From: Mytilus californianus
Taxonomy: Eukaryota
Assembly (NCBI RefSeq): GCF_021869535.1
Contig: NW_026262712.1
Span: forward strand, 115,568,001-115,632,000
DNA length: 64,000 nt
Direction of reading: 5' to 3'
In this document: piece by piece, positions 20,781 to 34,581 of the stretch
How the letters are laid out: each line of letters begins with the position of its first letter
Numbering within the stretch: position 1 is the stretch's first letter
Notes under the pieces: model-generated
The model's database searches: none
The model's input: only the letters and a program-made list of their open reading frames with translations
What the model was told of the DNA's origin: nothing
Program-made: the position numbers and the translations under genes

Positions 20781-23700
20781 TCAGTTTTTAATTTTTCAGC
20801 GTATTCTTAAGTAATAGGATAACTATATACATTGTTAACGTTGTACATGTCTGCCTGGTAGTGTTCATCTGACATTGACCGCATTTGAATGGTTCACTGG
20901 TAAATGTAACTTTTGATGGTTAATATAAAAAAGAAGATGTGGTATGATTGCCAATGAGACAACTCTCCACAAGAGACCAAATGACACAGAAATTAACAAC
21001 TATAGGTCACCGTACGGCCTTCAACAGTGCGCAAAGCCCATATCGCACAGTCAGCTATAAAAGGCCCCGAAATGACAATGTAAATTAAGTCTGTTTCTCA
21101 GGCATTGTAAACAAAAAGTCAACTTTATTTGGTGTATGGAATGATTGTTTTGTATACATATATAAATATGAGGAGATGATGTATGATTGCCAATGAGACA
21201 ACTATCCACCAAAGTTCAAATAAAGTGGATGTAAGCAATTATAGGCAACCCTACGGCCTTCAACAATGAGAAAAACCCATACCGTATAGTCAGCTATAAA
21301 AGGCCCCGACATGAAAAATATGAAACAATGCAATTGAGAAAAATAACGGCCTAATTTATAACAAAACAATTAACGAAAAACAAATATGACAAACATGAAA
21401 CAACGACAACCACTGAACTACAGGCTCCTGACTTGGGACAGGCACACAAAGAATGTGGCGGGGTTAAACATGTTTGTGAGCGCTCAACTCTCACCCTAAC
21501 CTGGGACAGTTGTGTAGCAGCATAACATAAGAACAAACTATAATAATCAGTTGAAAAAGGCTTAACTCATCAGATCGATACAAAGAAGAAAAACATCAAA
21601 CATAATCAAAGACCGGACGTGGAAGGGTATTTATCCATCCCTTATCCCTTACAACAAAAACTTTGATCTGAACTTTACCTCATTTCCATGGTTAAAATGC
21701 AAGCGTTACGTTTTCTTGAGTATGTTCGTTTTGTCAGATACTATAAGTAATATGTTAACTATATTTGGTTAAAGGATTGATTGTAAGGCGTATACGTCCG
21801 TATAGGGGGCATCTGACTTTGACTTCATTTATATTGATTATTGATAATGTTATTGTTATGTAACGCTTGTAGTATAACCTTTTGTTTAAGACTGAGAACA
21901 TAAATTCAATCGTCCTCAATTAAGCGGGCGATACATATCGACGTGTGCACACTTGATATGTGAAAGCTTGACAATCGGTTAAACTGGGTAGGACAAGGGT
22001 TAATACGTGAAGGTGTTACACTCTCTTTCTTTTGGGTGTAACTCTGGATATGGGTTTGATTTCGAAGGCTTCACAATCTGTTTAATTTGGCTGTTTAGTA
22101 GGGTCAAGGGTTTGTCAGAAAGTTGATGAACCAGGGTTATGTCAAAGAACGTATCGTTCTTTTTCTAAAAACAATAAACGGAAAACAAATATAACAAACA
22201 GCAACCAACGACAACCACTGAATTACAGGTTCCTGACTTGAGACAGACACATTTAGCTTATGATAGGTTTTAACATGTTTGTTAATGTTCAACCCCCTAT
22301 AAAAATAAGGAAATTTAGTATGTTTGCCAATGAGACAACGATCTAAGCCGTTTAGTTTGGAAAAAGGTTTGAAATAGACTCATCTTAGATACAAAGATTG
22401 AAGTGAAGGCTATACAATCTGTTTATTCCCCATATGATTTTGTAAACGAAGGTTTGATAGTCAGTAGGCGCTACAGTAGTCATCATATAAATGATATGTA
22501 TATAGATATCAGACGAAAAAGTACTAAACTGAGGGAATGTGATTATATGTATATAAATGATAAAGTATGTATCGAAGAGTTGTGACATATATACATATAT
22601 ATATGTCTTTTAATGTCACTTATTAAATGGCAAAATTAAAAGCTCAAACACATCAAACGGTTGAAACAACTTACACATTCCTGACTTGCTAGAGGCATTT
22701 CCTTATGTAGAAAATGTTGGATTAAACATAGTTTTATAGCTAGCTAAGCCTCTCATTAGTATGACAGTCGCATAAATTTCCATTATATTGACAACAATCG
22801 GTGAACAAAACAAACAGACATTATTTTTACTATTTATTATTTCCCGTTTGAATGGTTTTACACTAGTAATTTTTTGGGCCCTTTATAGCTTACTGTTCGG
22901 TGTGAGCCAAGGCTCCGTGTTGAAGACCGTACTTTGACCTATAATGGTTTACTTTTTTAAATTTTGACTTGGATGGAGAGTTGTCTCATTGGCACTCATA
23001 CCACATCTTCTTATATCTATTATAGGTATAAATGTCAAAAATTGGGGTACAGCAGTCAACATTGTGTTATAATCTTAATCACTATAACTTGAAACAAACA
23101 ACTATGTCAACAAAGAAAAACAAAATGACATATAAAACTCTATAGACAAGGAAAATGATTAAGAATTTATCGAAGAGTTTATATCTTTATACATATCTAT
23201 ATGTCGTTCAATATCACTATGTAAGTATGTGTGTGTATTCTTGGAAGTGAGACAGAAATGTAAGCATATGTTCAGTGGTTGTCGTTGATTCATGTCTGTC
23301 ATATTTGTTTTTTCGTAAACTGTTTTCTTATAATTTAGGCTGTTAGTTTTCTCCAATGAATTTTTCATATTTGTCATGTCGGGGTCTTTTATAGCCGACT
23401 ATACGGTATGGGGTTTTCTGATTGTTGAAGGCCGTACAGTTGCCTATATTTGCTTTCATCCACTTCATTTGAACTTTGGTGAATAATTGTCTCATTGGCA
23501 ATCATACGACATCTCCTTAACTTTATATACATGTTACAAACATTTATACAACTGACAACACATGAATATAACCATGACATTTCCTTTGTCATCTGAAAAT
23601 ATATTCAAACCTATAGAGCGATTTCTTGTTCCATTACAACTATTTACAGATTGAAAAAGGTATTTTATAGTACATCTTAAGATATAATTTGTTGTTAAAT

Positions 23701-23802
23701 TCTACATAAAATATGTTTTTTCAAAATATATCGGTTCTTTGAAACAATTACCTAATGATAATGCAAGAGTAAGATATTCTTAAAACATGTGTTTATCCAG
23801 AA

Positions 23803-24909
23803 TTAGGTAAATTTTAAATAGTCTTGTAATGTTGTTGGTAAGGGCAAGTCTACTATACTAGATGGAGAGCAAGTCCTCAGAATCGCTGCTCGACATATTA
23901 CCATCAAGTTTAGGCGAGGAACTTGAAAGGAAGCATATTTTGTTGAAAAATTCGGATTCCAGATTTGTAATTCTGAATCGCACAGAGAGAAAATAGGCAC
24001 AATAGTTTCTACGTTTTGATTGAAACACTTTTCATCCTTGAGTAAAGGCGACATGTCCTTACAGGAACATATTATTAAATTCACAATACTATTGGTGTTT
24101 TTGTCTCCAGTAATGAAGCAATATGCTAATACATCTTTACTACGACTTGCAATTAGTTTGCAACTGTTGTTTCCGTTATAAGATTTGCATTGTATATCTG
24201 GAAATTTTATATCGGATTGTTTATACCACTTTACTTTGTTATTTGTCACATTATAACCCCTTTTCATGTTTTTGAAATACAAATGTTTTAAGCATACAAC
24301 TGAACGATTCGAATTTCCATGTATTAGTGCAATAACTGAGCAAGGATAACTTGGATGAAAAACAAGATTTACCCCATCTCTGTCTGGGATCATCGAATCA
24401 TATGTTCTCTCTTCAGTCATCGACTGTTCTGATATTGAATACCAAACATAACAATATCTAGGCGATGCTTCCATAGGACATCTGAATAGAAACATGTCTA
24501 AATCTGGAGATATCAAGCATTTTAATGGTTCTTTTAAAGGGTTAATATGTCTCCACCAATCAAATGTACATACATGACAATCAACAAAATGAAATGTTTC
24601 ATTTGCTGAGTTGAAAATCATTAACATGACATCAGTACTAGTCCATTCAACTTCCAACCGATACTGAAATACATATACTGGAAAACTATATCCAATGCAT
24701 AACGGTTTTTCAAAAAATATCTGACCTCTTAACCTTACAGGAAGTTTGTATTTCTTAACGATTGTTTGTTCGTGTTCCAAAGATACAGTGGCGCGTACTG
24801 GTCCATTGAAGTGAATAGTACGAAAGTAGTGGTCATCAAACTCACTTCTGATCAACTCATTCCCAGTACACATCAAAAGTGTTGTGTCAACTATCTTTGT
24901 TGTATCCAT
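23803..24909 (-). CDS. Intronless SOCS-box protein (368 aa) with an uncharacterised N-terminal domain; putative Elongin BC-Cullin5 substrate receptor
   Basis: Longest ORF in the window; C-terminal NLMVICRAAILRTCSPSSIVDLPLPTTLQDYLKFT matches the BC box (xLxxxCxxxI) and Cul5 box (LPxP). The inverted paralog is conserved codon-for-codon. Confidence 0.88.
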   Translation of the reverse strand: MDTTKIVDTTLLMCTGNELIRSEFDDHYFRTIHFNGPVRATVSLEHEQTIVKKYKLPVRLRGQIFFEKPLCIGYSFPVYVFQYRLEVEWTSTDVMLMIFNSANETFHFVDCHVCTFDWWRHINPLKEPLKCLISPDLDMFLFRCPMEASPRYCYVWYSISEQSMTEERTYDSMIPDRDGVNLVFHPSYPCSVIALIHGNSNRSVVCLKHLYFKNMKRGYNVTNNKVKWYKQSDIKFPDIQCKSYNGNNSCKLIASRSKDVLAYCFITGDKNTNSIVNLIICSCKDMSPLLKDEKCFNQNVETIVPIFSLCDSELQIWNPNFSTKYASFQVPRLNLMVICRAAILRTCSPSSIVDLPLPTTLQDYLKFT

Positions 24910-27239
24910 ATTGTATCCACCATATAGGTTATATCAATTATCTCTACTTTATTATTTTTACTCTGAAACAATAGAGTTTTAAAAGATTTATGCGTGTCAT
25001 TTAATCATAGATGACCAGTATTTTGTAAAGTTCAATTCGCGTTCAGTATACATTCGGGACATATTTTACTGAGACTGAGTTTGAAAAGCGGCTGATAAAT
25101 ACATTATCAGGAGACGCGTACTTTGCCGAAGCATCTGGTCTTGTTTTTGAAACAAATAAAAGGAAAGTACGAAAGTATGAATCAAAGTATTATAACAACA
25201 TAAAAAATAATCTCTAGGGTGTTATAAAGAAATGCCTGTACCAAGTCAGGAATATGACAGTTGATCCATTCGTTTGATGAGTTTGAGCTTTTGATTTTGC
25301 AATTTGATAAGGACTTTCCGTTTTGAAGTTTTCTTTGAGTTCGGTATTTTTGTTATTTTCCACATTTTAATTTTCTTTCTTTTGTCTGGTCCATAATTAT
25401 AACTACGGAAGCCGTACATAATTACCACATGATTTTTTCCAATATGGCCCTATCCAGATTTCGTACATAACATTTAATGTAAAGAATATATTGGACACAC
25501 TGATATTATATCGCACATTTAAAGGTTATATTGATAAATTATAAAATATAACGACGTAAATGTAACACTCTGGAAACTCAACGGACTTTTGTACGTACTT
25601 TAAGACTTCATATAATTATAATTAATGTAATTATCAAATCTTGAGCTGAAACTTGTTGTGGTGTATATAAACAAAAAGTTTTTTTTATGTATTAAGTGAA
25701 AACCCTGGTTGGAATCACTAACAAAAATTGCTTATAAATAACTAAAAATGTATTTGGAGCGTAAGGAGAATATCTAAAAGTGCTATCTATGTGTAATCAG
25801 AATTAATTTTAAAAGGCAAAATCGTTTTGTTTGTAATGGTTAATGCTCTTCAACTTCGTACTGTTTTTGGCCTTTTTATCGTTTTTGAGTCGAGCGTCAC
25901 TGATGTGTCATTTGAAGACAAAACTCGCGTCTGGCGTATAAATATTTAATGCTGGTATCTATGACGAATTATTTCATATACATGCATCATATTGTTTATG
26001 AAAAAGATTCCTTTGAAACATTTTCATTTTTTAAGTGTAATCTAATATCCTTATTTGGAATTTGAATCCAACATTGGGTTTGAAACTTCTTTTCGGATTT
26101 TGATTCAAAAACAGGTTTTTAATCTAATGGATTGATTGTTTGTTGTTGCTTAATATCCAGTGGGAAGTACTTTTATATATTCGAGACGAGAACATATAAA
26201 CAATTAATGGTCCGTGACACAGTTATCGTTTTTTGATTTTCGTTGTCTACAAATATAGTCCCTACTGTGAACAGTGTATTAGTTTCAATTTTTTTCATAC
26301 CCCTTCCAAATTTATTTCTTCATGTGTTATGCCTCAAAAAGTAAGTAGGGGGATGAAATTACACTGTACAAAAATTTTGGTCCTGAATTTTAAAGTAAAG
26401 TAAATAGTGATTTGGTCCAGGTGAAAAAAGGTTAACAATTAATATGTCTGAAGTTTCAAAAGAATTCAAGACCTCCTTAACATAAAATTGTCCATATTTT
26501 GAGTTAGAGCTGATGAAGTTTTCTATAATTTTGATATAATTTGTCCTAAACGTAGTACACCACACTGTAAAAATATTATTGAGAAAGCGCAGGTGGGATT
26601 TTTTTTTAATTTTCATTTATTGTCTAAAAGAAATGCACTACGAAATAACTGCGTTATCGGGCCTAATACAAGAGATAGGTTCTGCAAAGTAGATCGACCG
26701 GGATGAAAGGCAAATATTTGGACTGCCACTGGGAAATGAGGGTATGTCCCTCCAACAGACCCCCCCCCCTAGAATTGTTGCAAGGCCTAGGGTTTTTAGT
26801 GTGTAGAAAGCGCGGGACTCTTTTCACTAGGCATCGGAATAAGTTTCCCTATCCAACCAAATGTGGCTTTGTATTTATACATCCCGCTAAACCGACGCCT
26901 CACTTTAAAACGGTTCTTACAGCAAGACTTGATAAATCTAGGGATGACTGTATCGCTAAACCCTATATAGATAAAGAGACGTTGTATGATTGTCAATAAA
27001 AGAAATCTCTCCACCAGAGACCAAATGACTGATATTAGCAACTATAGGTCACCGTACAGCCTTCTACAAACTAAAACCGATATCGAAAGGCCCCGACATG
27101 TACCTACGGGTTCTAAAATCAACATAACTGAAAAAATTTGGATATGATATTCCATAAATAATTAGTTTAGGTAAGTCAAACTACCAAAACAAATTTTTGT
27201 AACACAAAATAAAGTAAAGGGATTAATTAAATTATGGTT

Positions 27240-27930
27240 ATTATATCCCTGTAATACATATATAACGTTCGTTGAAATCTATAACAAACCACAAACATGG
27301 GCATAGCAAACGAGTTCTGTAAGATGAGGTCAAAGGAACATCACAGTAAAAAAAAGGAAAAGAAAAAATTCCTGATGACGTAAATTTTGGCATTTGTTTC
27401 CTGTTTGAAAGAGAGGCGAAAGCTATCAAATGGACAGGCAAACTCATATGATGAAAACAAATTAACAACGCCATGGCTAAAAAAGAAAACGACCAAAAGA
27501 CAACCAACAGTATACAAAACACAACATAGAAAACTAAAGACTGAGCAACACGATCACCACCAAAAATCCGGGTTGATCTCAGGTGCCCCGGAAAGGTACG
27601 CAGATCCTGCTCCACATATGGCACCCGTTCTTTCGCTCATGTAAGTACAAACCCGGTGATATATCTAAATCTATGACAGGTCGTTTATTGCTCTGTACAT
27701 TAGATTGATTTATAATAAGTTCATCATGGTAAATACCAGCAGTGAATTTAGAGAATACTTTATTATTTAACGAAAAAATATCTGCAAGGTCACGGAAGGT
27801 GATGAATTGATCAATTAAAAGATCAATTAAATGAAATTTATTAGCATTTTTACTAGGTTTAGCCATAATATGTGATTCAAAACGATACACGAACAAGTCT
27901 GCTATTAAAGGGCATTATCGGTCGGCATTC
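27240..27930 (-). mobile_element. Penelope-like RT relic plus its 3' terminal segment
   Basis: The minus strand gives (P)LIADLFVYRFESHIMAKPSK...FRDLADIFSLNN...IY..EL; followed by the repeat that translates spuriously as MPYVEQDL..., fragments of which also lie at 12655-12860, 31320-31420 and 40790-40900. Confidence 0.7.
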
Positions 27931-30900
27931 TTCGGAGGTCTTCTCTATGGTTAATTAGATGGCATCTAGTCTAAAATGCACACACAGTGCTGATCCATTA
28001 AATATAACGAGTCTATGCATTGTAAATTGTTTCTTTTGGAGTTTTTGCAATTTGGATCTACGTTTTAGTATGTTATAAAACATTGCATATGAGAATTGAG
28101 TCAAATCGGGGAACATTAAATATAATGCCCCTTTAATTATCTCATTACACTTCAATAAAAATGAAAGATTGCTCCATTACTAAATCAAAAAATAATGTAT
28201 CTAAACTAGTCTTTACCGATACGAAAGCAACGTTGATTCTAGTTATTACCTTCGAAACAATATCATATTTTATTCAGGTGGAATTATTTTGATTCTAGAT
28301 TATAAAACAAAACAAAAGCTATAAGAATAGTACAAAGATTCATAAGATGTTATCCTGGTTTGTAAACGTTAAATTAGAGATACTTAGAACATACTCGCGC
28401 ACCTGCTCCTTCAATGGAAATTCAGTATTTTCCTCCTATTTTTCATATCGTTTTCATTTCATTTTCGCCAAAAAAATAAATCGTTGTTTTGCTTCAGTTT
28501 ATAGGTCTAATACGAGGGTCGTATTAGAATTTATTTAACTGAGCATTTAAGTGAGAATATACTTATTTCTCATACATTACTGTGAGTCCTACGTATAGCA
28601 TTGTAAGTGTTGCTTTATTTGAGGTGGCAAGATGAACATGATTAAACCAGAGACAAACAGAGGAACTTAATCCGTATGTGTTGACAACATGTACAGATTA
28701 TCCGATGTATTGAAGAATAGAGACGTGTCTTGTACTTAGACCAGGCCATTGGTTTTTCGTTTGAATTATTTAAAATTTTTACATATTGGGGTGTTTAATA
28801 GCTTATTATTTTATTTTTATAATGTTTTATATTGATTTGTTTTAGTCATTTTGAAGTTAGCAGAGTCTTGACGTTAATAATATTCAACTTCAAAATTCAA
28901 CGTTTAATTAATTTCATTCACAAATCCTGATTAATGTGCTTCGGGCATTCAGTCGTGACTCATTTTAGAAATTCTTGTTTTGGACTGCTAGTTTAAAACA
29001 TGATGATTATCACTTACTAAGCACATGTTTTACATACATTTTTCACAATTTAGAAACATCAAATCCAGCAATTTCATTGTAAAACACCTCTTTAATACCA
29101 TAATTATCATTTCTACTTTTTATAACAATTGGCAATACACTATGATCAATTTTATACAACACTGTGAAAAGGTATTTAAGAAATTGATTATAAATAACAG
29201 GAAATATAGGGGAAACCTGATCAAGGTTTCAATGACCCCCCCAAAAAATAATAAATAAATATATACAAACAAGAAAGAGCAATTAAAAAACGAAAAAAAA
29301 AAACAACAATATAACGAAACAAAAACAAACACAAATTACAATCAATCAATGATAAATCCCCCGAAACATAATAAAGGAGCATTTAAAGTTCAGCATACGG
29401 TCCTCAAAACAAGAATGATATATGTACAATATGTTAAGGTCACACTAATCGCACTGAATCCAGACAAATAGCAAATTGATAAAGACTACCACAGAGCTGT
29501 CCAATAAACACTTAAATGAACCACAATGAGAAAACACATACATTTATATCATCAGTCAACATTAACGAGGTTCCTCATTTAAAAGAGGCACATGTACATG
29601 AACATGTGGTAGGGTGAACCTACTTGTTTTAAACACTCCATTTTACGCCTCTTAAATTTCTTAACAGATGTCCTGTATGAATTGATGATTCTTTGTCCAA
29701 ACGGTTCTATCGCAACATTTATGATTTGAAAACCGAGTATAAATGTCTGTAACATGAAATTAACTTTTTATTAAATGGATCGGAGTTGTTTTGTCTAAAG
29801 AGTATAACGTCAAACGGTATTACTTTTCAACAAATACGTCTACCGCTATATGATGAAACCCACAGTCATGTATTTTTAAATGTTTCACCAATTTGTCTTG
29901 TTTTAGAGACTTAAGTTTAAGCGGCAGTTAGATTTTTTTTACATTTGAAAACAGTATGTTAAACTAACTGGGTTAGGCCAGTAAAACGTAACTGGTAAAT
30001 TCAATACAATGTATATTAATCTTTGATAAATAATAATTTAACAAGTCAATTATCAGTACGCTATTTTTAATATGAATAGACGCGTTTTTGTTATTTGATG
30101 CTTATGAAAATATGATACTGGACGTTAGGCAAATATAATCAATATATAAATAAATCAATAATCTTGGAAACTTCAAATTTACACTTTTATTTGTGTGGAA
30201 AATCATTTATATCTTAAAATGACCGACAGAAAAAAACAAACAATCGATTGTTCTTATCCGTCATCAAGTGTTTAGTGGAAATACAAATTCTCCAAACATT
30301 GACGTTTTGAAATGTGAGACACGTATGGAAAGAATTGTTGGTTTTCCCCACATGCGGATTTAGTTGGGGTATATTAATCTACATATATAGATAATGTATC
30401 TATACATGCTCTACTCCTAATGTTTTTAATTAGGGCCCTTCTTTTTAAAATCCTGGATCCGCATCTGTTCTCCGACTTATCAAAGGACATTTTGGCAAAC
30501 GTCCGGGGATCTCTGTTCATATTGTAGCTTTTTGGTACAAAATTCTGGATGACTGGCTCATGTCTTGGTTTCTTGGCTTAATAGTCGGGTCTCTTATATA
30601 ACCATTCATAAGAACTGATGCGACCTTAATAAATTTGCTATAAATAGACGTTTTTGGCTAAATTTTTGTCGATCATTCACATTTTCCGGGTCGAGCTCCC
30701 ATTTCTTAAAACAATCATTATGAGTTGTTATAACGTCAGATTATCCTCCTACCTCATCCTCAATGAAATATCAAATGGTTGTCCAAAAAATTATCAGGTT
30801 TGTTTTATATGAAGGAATATGGCTTTTTATTCAGTCATCTTCCAGATAATACCACATCAATATTTTGGTAACTACTCGATTTTAGTTATGTATCTATCAA

Positions 30901-33037
30901 AAAGCTAGTAACTTTTGTTAATCCATCTACAGACAGGTTTTTTTCAAACAGTCAGGTGCTTTTATCGATTGAATTTAAGTCCTCGGCAAATTTGCGTCAA
31001 TATTTAGGGATTACCGTTGTAATAAATGTATCAACCGGGTTGTTTTCGAATGTCAGATTTATCTCCAATTTCGTCTTGGTTATTGATAAACAACACTTCT
31101 GCCAGTCACGTTGCTTTAGCTGTTTGATTTTTTCAACTGAATGAAATGGTAGCTAAATAAAGGTGTCGTTGACTGGAAAACCCATGTATGCTTCCAATAG
31201 AAGAATCATTTAGGAAGTAAGTGCATTGTAAGGTTTATAATCACATAATATTGTATTTGAAGAAGGATAGGAGATTTAAAATGTCGACTTAAATTAATCT
31301 AATATAATCCTATTTTGTGTTTTGTGTAATGTTGTTTGTCTTTTTCTTTTTAGCCATGGCGTTGTCAATTTATTTTCGACTTATGAGTTTGAATGTCATT
31401 TGGTATCTTTCTCCTCATTTTTAGATCCCTGCAGGTCTTTTCTGTATAAGCACATGAGTAGTAAACTGTACATTGCTAGTAAACATACAAATGTTAGTGA
31501 ACACTGTGAATAATTTAATGGAAATAGACAGGAGATTAAAGAAAAAAATGAATAAAAATTACAATAATATCCAAAAAGTATATTTCCGCTTACCGAGTCT
31601 CTGTAAATTAATTATGTTTGAAGTTTTGATAACATAACAATTCTCCAAATATATATATATCAGGAAAATTCAACGTGATTTTGAAATCTTATATAGATGG
31701 AAAGTTTGAAGGATCATTCATACCACACAATAACTTGAATGAAAAAAAATACAATCTCAGAAAAGACTGTATGAACCAAAATAACGATAAAATAAAATTT
31801 TTTTTCGGTCTTGAACTATTATGCAACTTTTGTGTATTTGTCTTAGATTATAATATATGGTATCACAGATTTAATAGGGGAGGTGGTTGAATTCCGAATA
31901 TTATGTTCCTCCTAATGGTATTACAAAAAAATCTTTTTTTTATAAAAATGAAAAAAATCGTGTCTTGAAAAAAAAAAACCCATGGTCAAACACTCAAAAG
32001 GTTAATGTCTGTACTTTACAAATAATATTGCACTTACAGTAAACAATCTAATATAATTTCATTTTAAACTATTATTTTGAAAAAAAACTTTTAATTTCAA
32101 AATTATTGGTATTTATTTTTCATGGTATAACATGTCCTATACTTTTAATATTAAGTATTTAATTAAAATGTTCTTGAAATGTAGCACTTACAGTAAATCA
32201 ATCTAAAATGATATTGATTTAAATTATTCAGTTTGAAAATTAATATAGCTTTTAATTTCAAAATTATTGTATTTATTTTGCTATGCTATAAGTTGTCCTA
32301 TACTTTTACTTTTTAATATTTCAGGACGAATATTGCCTTATGTATACAAATATAAGGATACTTCAAAATCTTTTGTATTTATTTTTCAATTCTATACTTT
32401 TTCCTATAATTTTACTTTTTAGTATAACAAGTCGAAAGTTACCTAACTTTTTGAGTAAACAAGTAGGGCGATAATTCTGAACCTTGCGGATCCTCGTGAT
32501 AAAAGACGTATTGTGATTTAGTGATTTTGACATAATAATTCAAGTATACATACATGTATTCATGAATTTGAATAATCTAGTCAAAATATATTTTACAAGG
32601 ACTTTTATAAGAACATGTTTCGCCGTTTATTCCTTTTTTCAGATGAACATTAACATGATCAACAGATATGAGACAATAACATTTCATTTATTAGCGCAAA
32701 AGAATGAAAATAAAAATTGAATATATTTATACTTTTAAAATACAAAAATCAATCAATCAATCAATAAATACATAAATAAAAAAAACATCATGCAAACAAA
32801 ACAATCAATATACTAATCAATCAATTTTCTAACCAATCAATCAATTAATCAACCAAGCATTAGTCAATCAATCTATCTGCAAAAATGAAATAATCGAGGA
32901 CTTAAGGCGTTTAAAGAATACATGTATATAAATTCGCGCGATCGTGATCAGTATACTTCTTGAAGGAATTTAAGTGTGACGTGTAAAGCTGGTTTAAAAT
33001 CTCAGTAATAACTTTCATAAGATCAAAGAATGTATAA

Positions 33038-33125
33038 ATAGTAAATGTTTACAATTTCAAACGTGCAAGGTCTTAAAGTCTCGACTTTAAGACCTTGCAC
33101 GTTTAAAATTGTAAACATTTACTAT
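33038..33125. repeat. Near-perfect 88-bp palindrome (43-bp arms, 2-nt loop, one mismatch)
   Basis: ATAGTAAATGTTTACAATTTCAAACGTGCAAGGTCTTAAAGTC-TC-GACTTTAAGACCTTGCACGTTTAAAATTGTAAACATTTACTAT. Confidence 0.97.
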
Positions 33126-33919
33126 ACAATATAAGAATACTTCAAAATAATACATAGCGGCCCTAAAATTTTTTTTAAAAAACTTGTCCGTGTAACAGTA
33201 AATAACGATAAATGTATATAAACATAAGGTGCATACCTATTGTATCAAATATCAGAGTACCAACCTTTTATTAACTACATGTTCGTTACAATTCCCAGGT
33301 GAAAAAAAAACAAACAAAATGACATCTCCAAGTAGAATAACTAAACAGGATGCTATGTTGTAAGTCATCGAGTACAAGGTAAGAGATAAATATACTAGCC
33401 ATAATTATAAACACAACACTTTTACGTCATTATCCCTTATTATATCTTATATTTTATATAGATTTTAAATGTCTAATGAGAAAGTTGGACATTTCATTCG
33501 CCTGTATGCATTGACGTTAGTTTTCTAAATCTGATGACATTAAAGAAAAAGTATTTGATGTTCAAAATTGTTGTTTTAGAAAACGGAAAGATTTATTTGT
33601 TTGTTGACTTATTCAAAAGAAATGAACATTTAAAATTGGTTTAGTATGTACACTCTCGGAGTAGAAAAACTACATTTAAAATTACATACATTAGGGAATC
33701 ATTCTATCAAAACCACTAAACCACGAGTCTTTTATAACTAGGGCCATCAAGGGTCATCAAGGTCCAGAAAAGTCGCCCTACTTGTTTAATCAAAATGTAA
33801 GGCAGCTTTCGGCTTTTAATACTGAAAAATAAAAGTGAAGAACAAATTATAGCACTGAAAAATAAAGACAACAATATTTTGAAATAAAAACCTTTTTTTT
33901 TTAAAGAATAATTTAAGAT

Positions 33920-34290
33920 GATATATAACCCGAATAATTCAGTCGCTTTTATTACACTGCTGGTGGAGTTTTTATTCCCAGAGGGTATCATCAGCCCAGC
34001 AGTCAGCACTTCTGTGTTTGACATGAATTATCATTGATATGGTCATCATTATAAATTAACTGTTTTACCGAACTGTGAATTTTTGAAATTCTAAGGCTTT
34101 TTTTACCTCAGGAATAGATTACCTTAGTAGTTGTATTTGGCAAAACTTATGGGAATTTTTGCTCCTCAATTCTCTTCATCTTCGTATTTCATTTGGCCTT
34201 TTGAATTTGTTTTTTAGATTTGAACTCACTGATAAGTTTTCTGTTGACGAAACGCGCGTTTGGCGCTAAATACTTAATTTCAATCCTGGT
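33920..34290 (+). repeat. Interspersed repeat with a degenerate hammerhead-ribozyme-like core
   Basis: CTGATAAG...GACGAAACGCGCGTTTGGCG at 34229-34266; related copies at ~25840-25975 (+) and ~40170-40280 (-). Confidence 0.6.
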
Positions 34291-34468
34291 ATCTATGATG
34301 AGTTTTTTTATAACACAAGATAACATGTTTTTATTCTAATTAAAGGGTCATGAAGAGCAAAGTAATTTATTAAAATGATTTTGTTATAATTGACGCAATT
34401 AATTTTGACAATCATATGTAACTATGATTTAATCAAGTAAATTTTAAGATCTTAAGCCACAGACAGAC

Positions 34469-34581
34469 CTGCGACTCTTTTCACAAAATATCTTACGATT
34501 AGAATTGATCGTAAGTTATACTGAAATGTGTATGACTTACGATTATTTTACTCTTAAGATTTTTTGTGAAAAGAGTCGCAG
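34469..34581. mobile_element. Small MITE with perfect 20-bp TIRs
   Basis: CTGCGACTCTTTTCACAAAA / TTTTGTGAAAAGAGTCGCAG; internal CTTACGAT/ATCGTAAG hairpin. Confidence 0.85.

Larger units (their letters stand above)
19480..33600. repeat. Left arm of a large decayed inverted duplication (partner ~35700-55210)
   Basis: At least 13 colinear reverse-complement blocks in strictly nested order (listed under findings). Confidence 0.88.

Noticed and set aside
27241-27644. 127-aa ORF MPYVEQDL... and its antisense ORF
   Set aside because: Part of a high-copy retroelement 3' segment also present at several other positions in the window.
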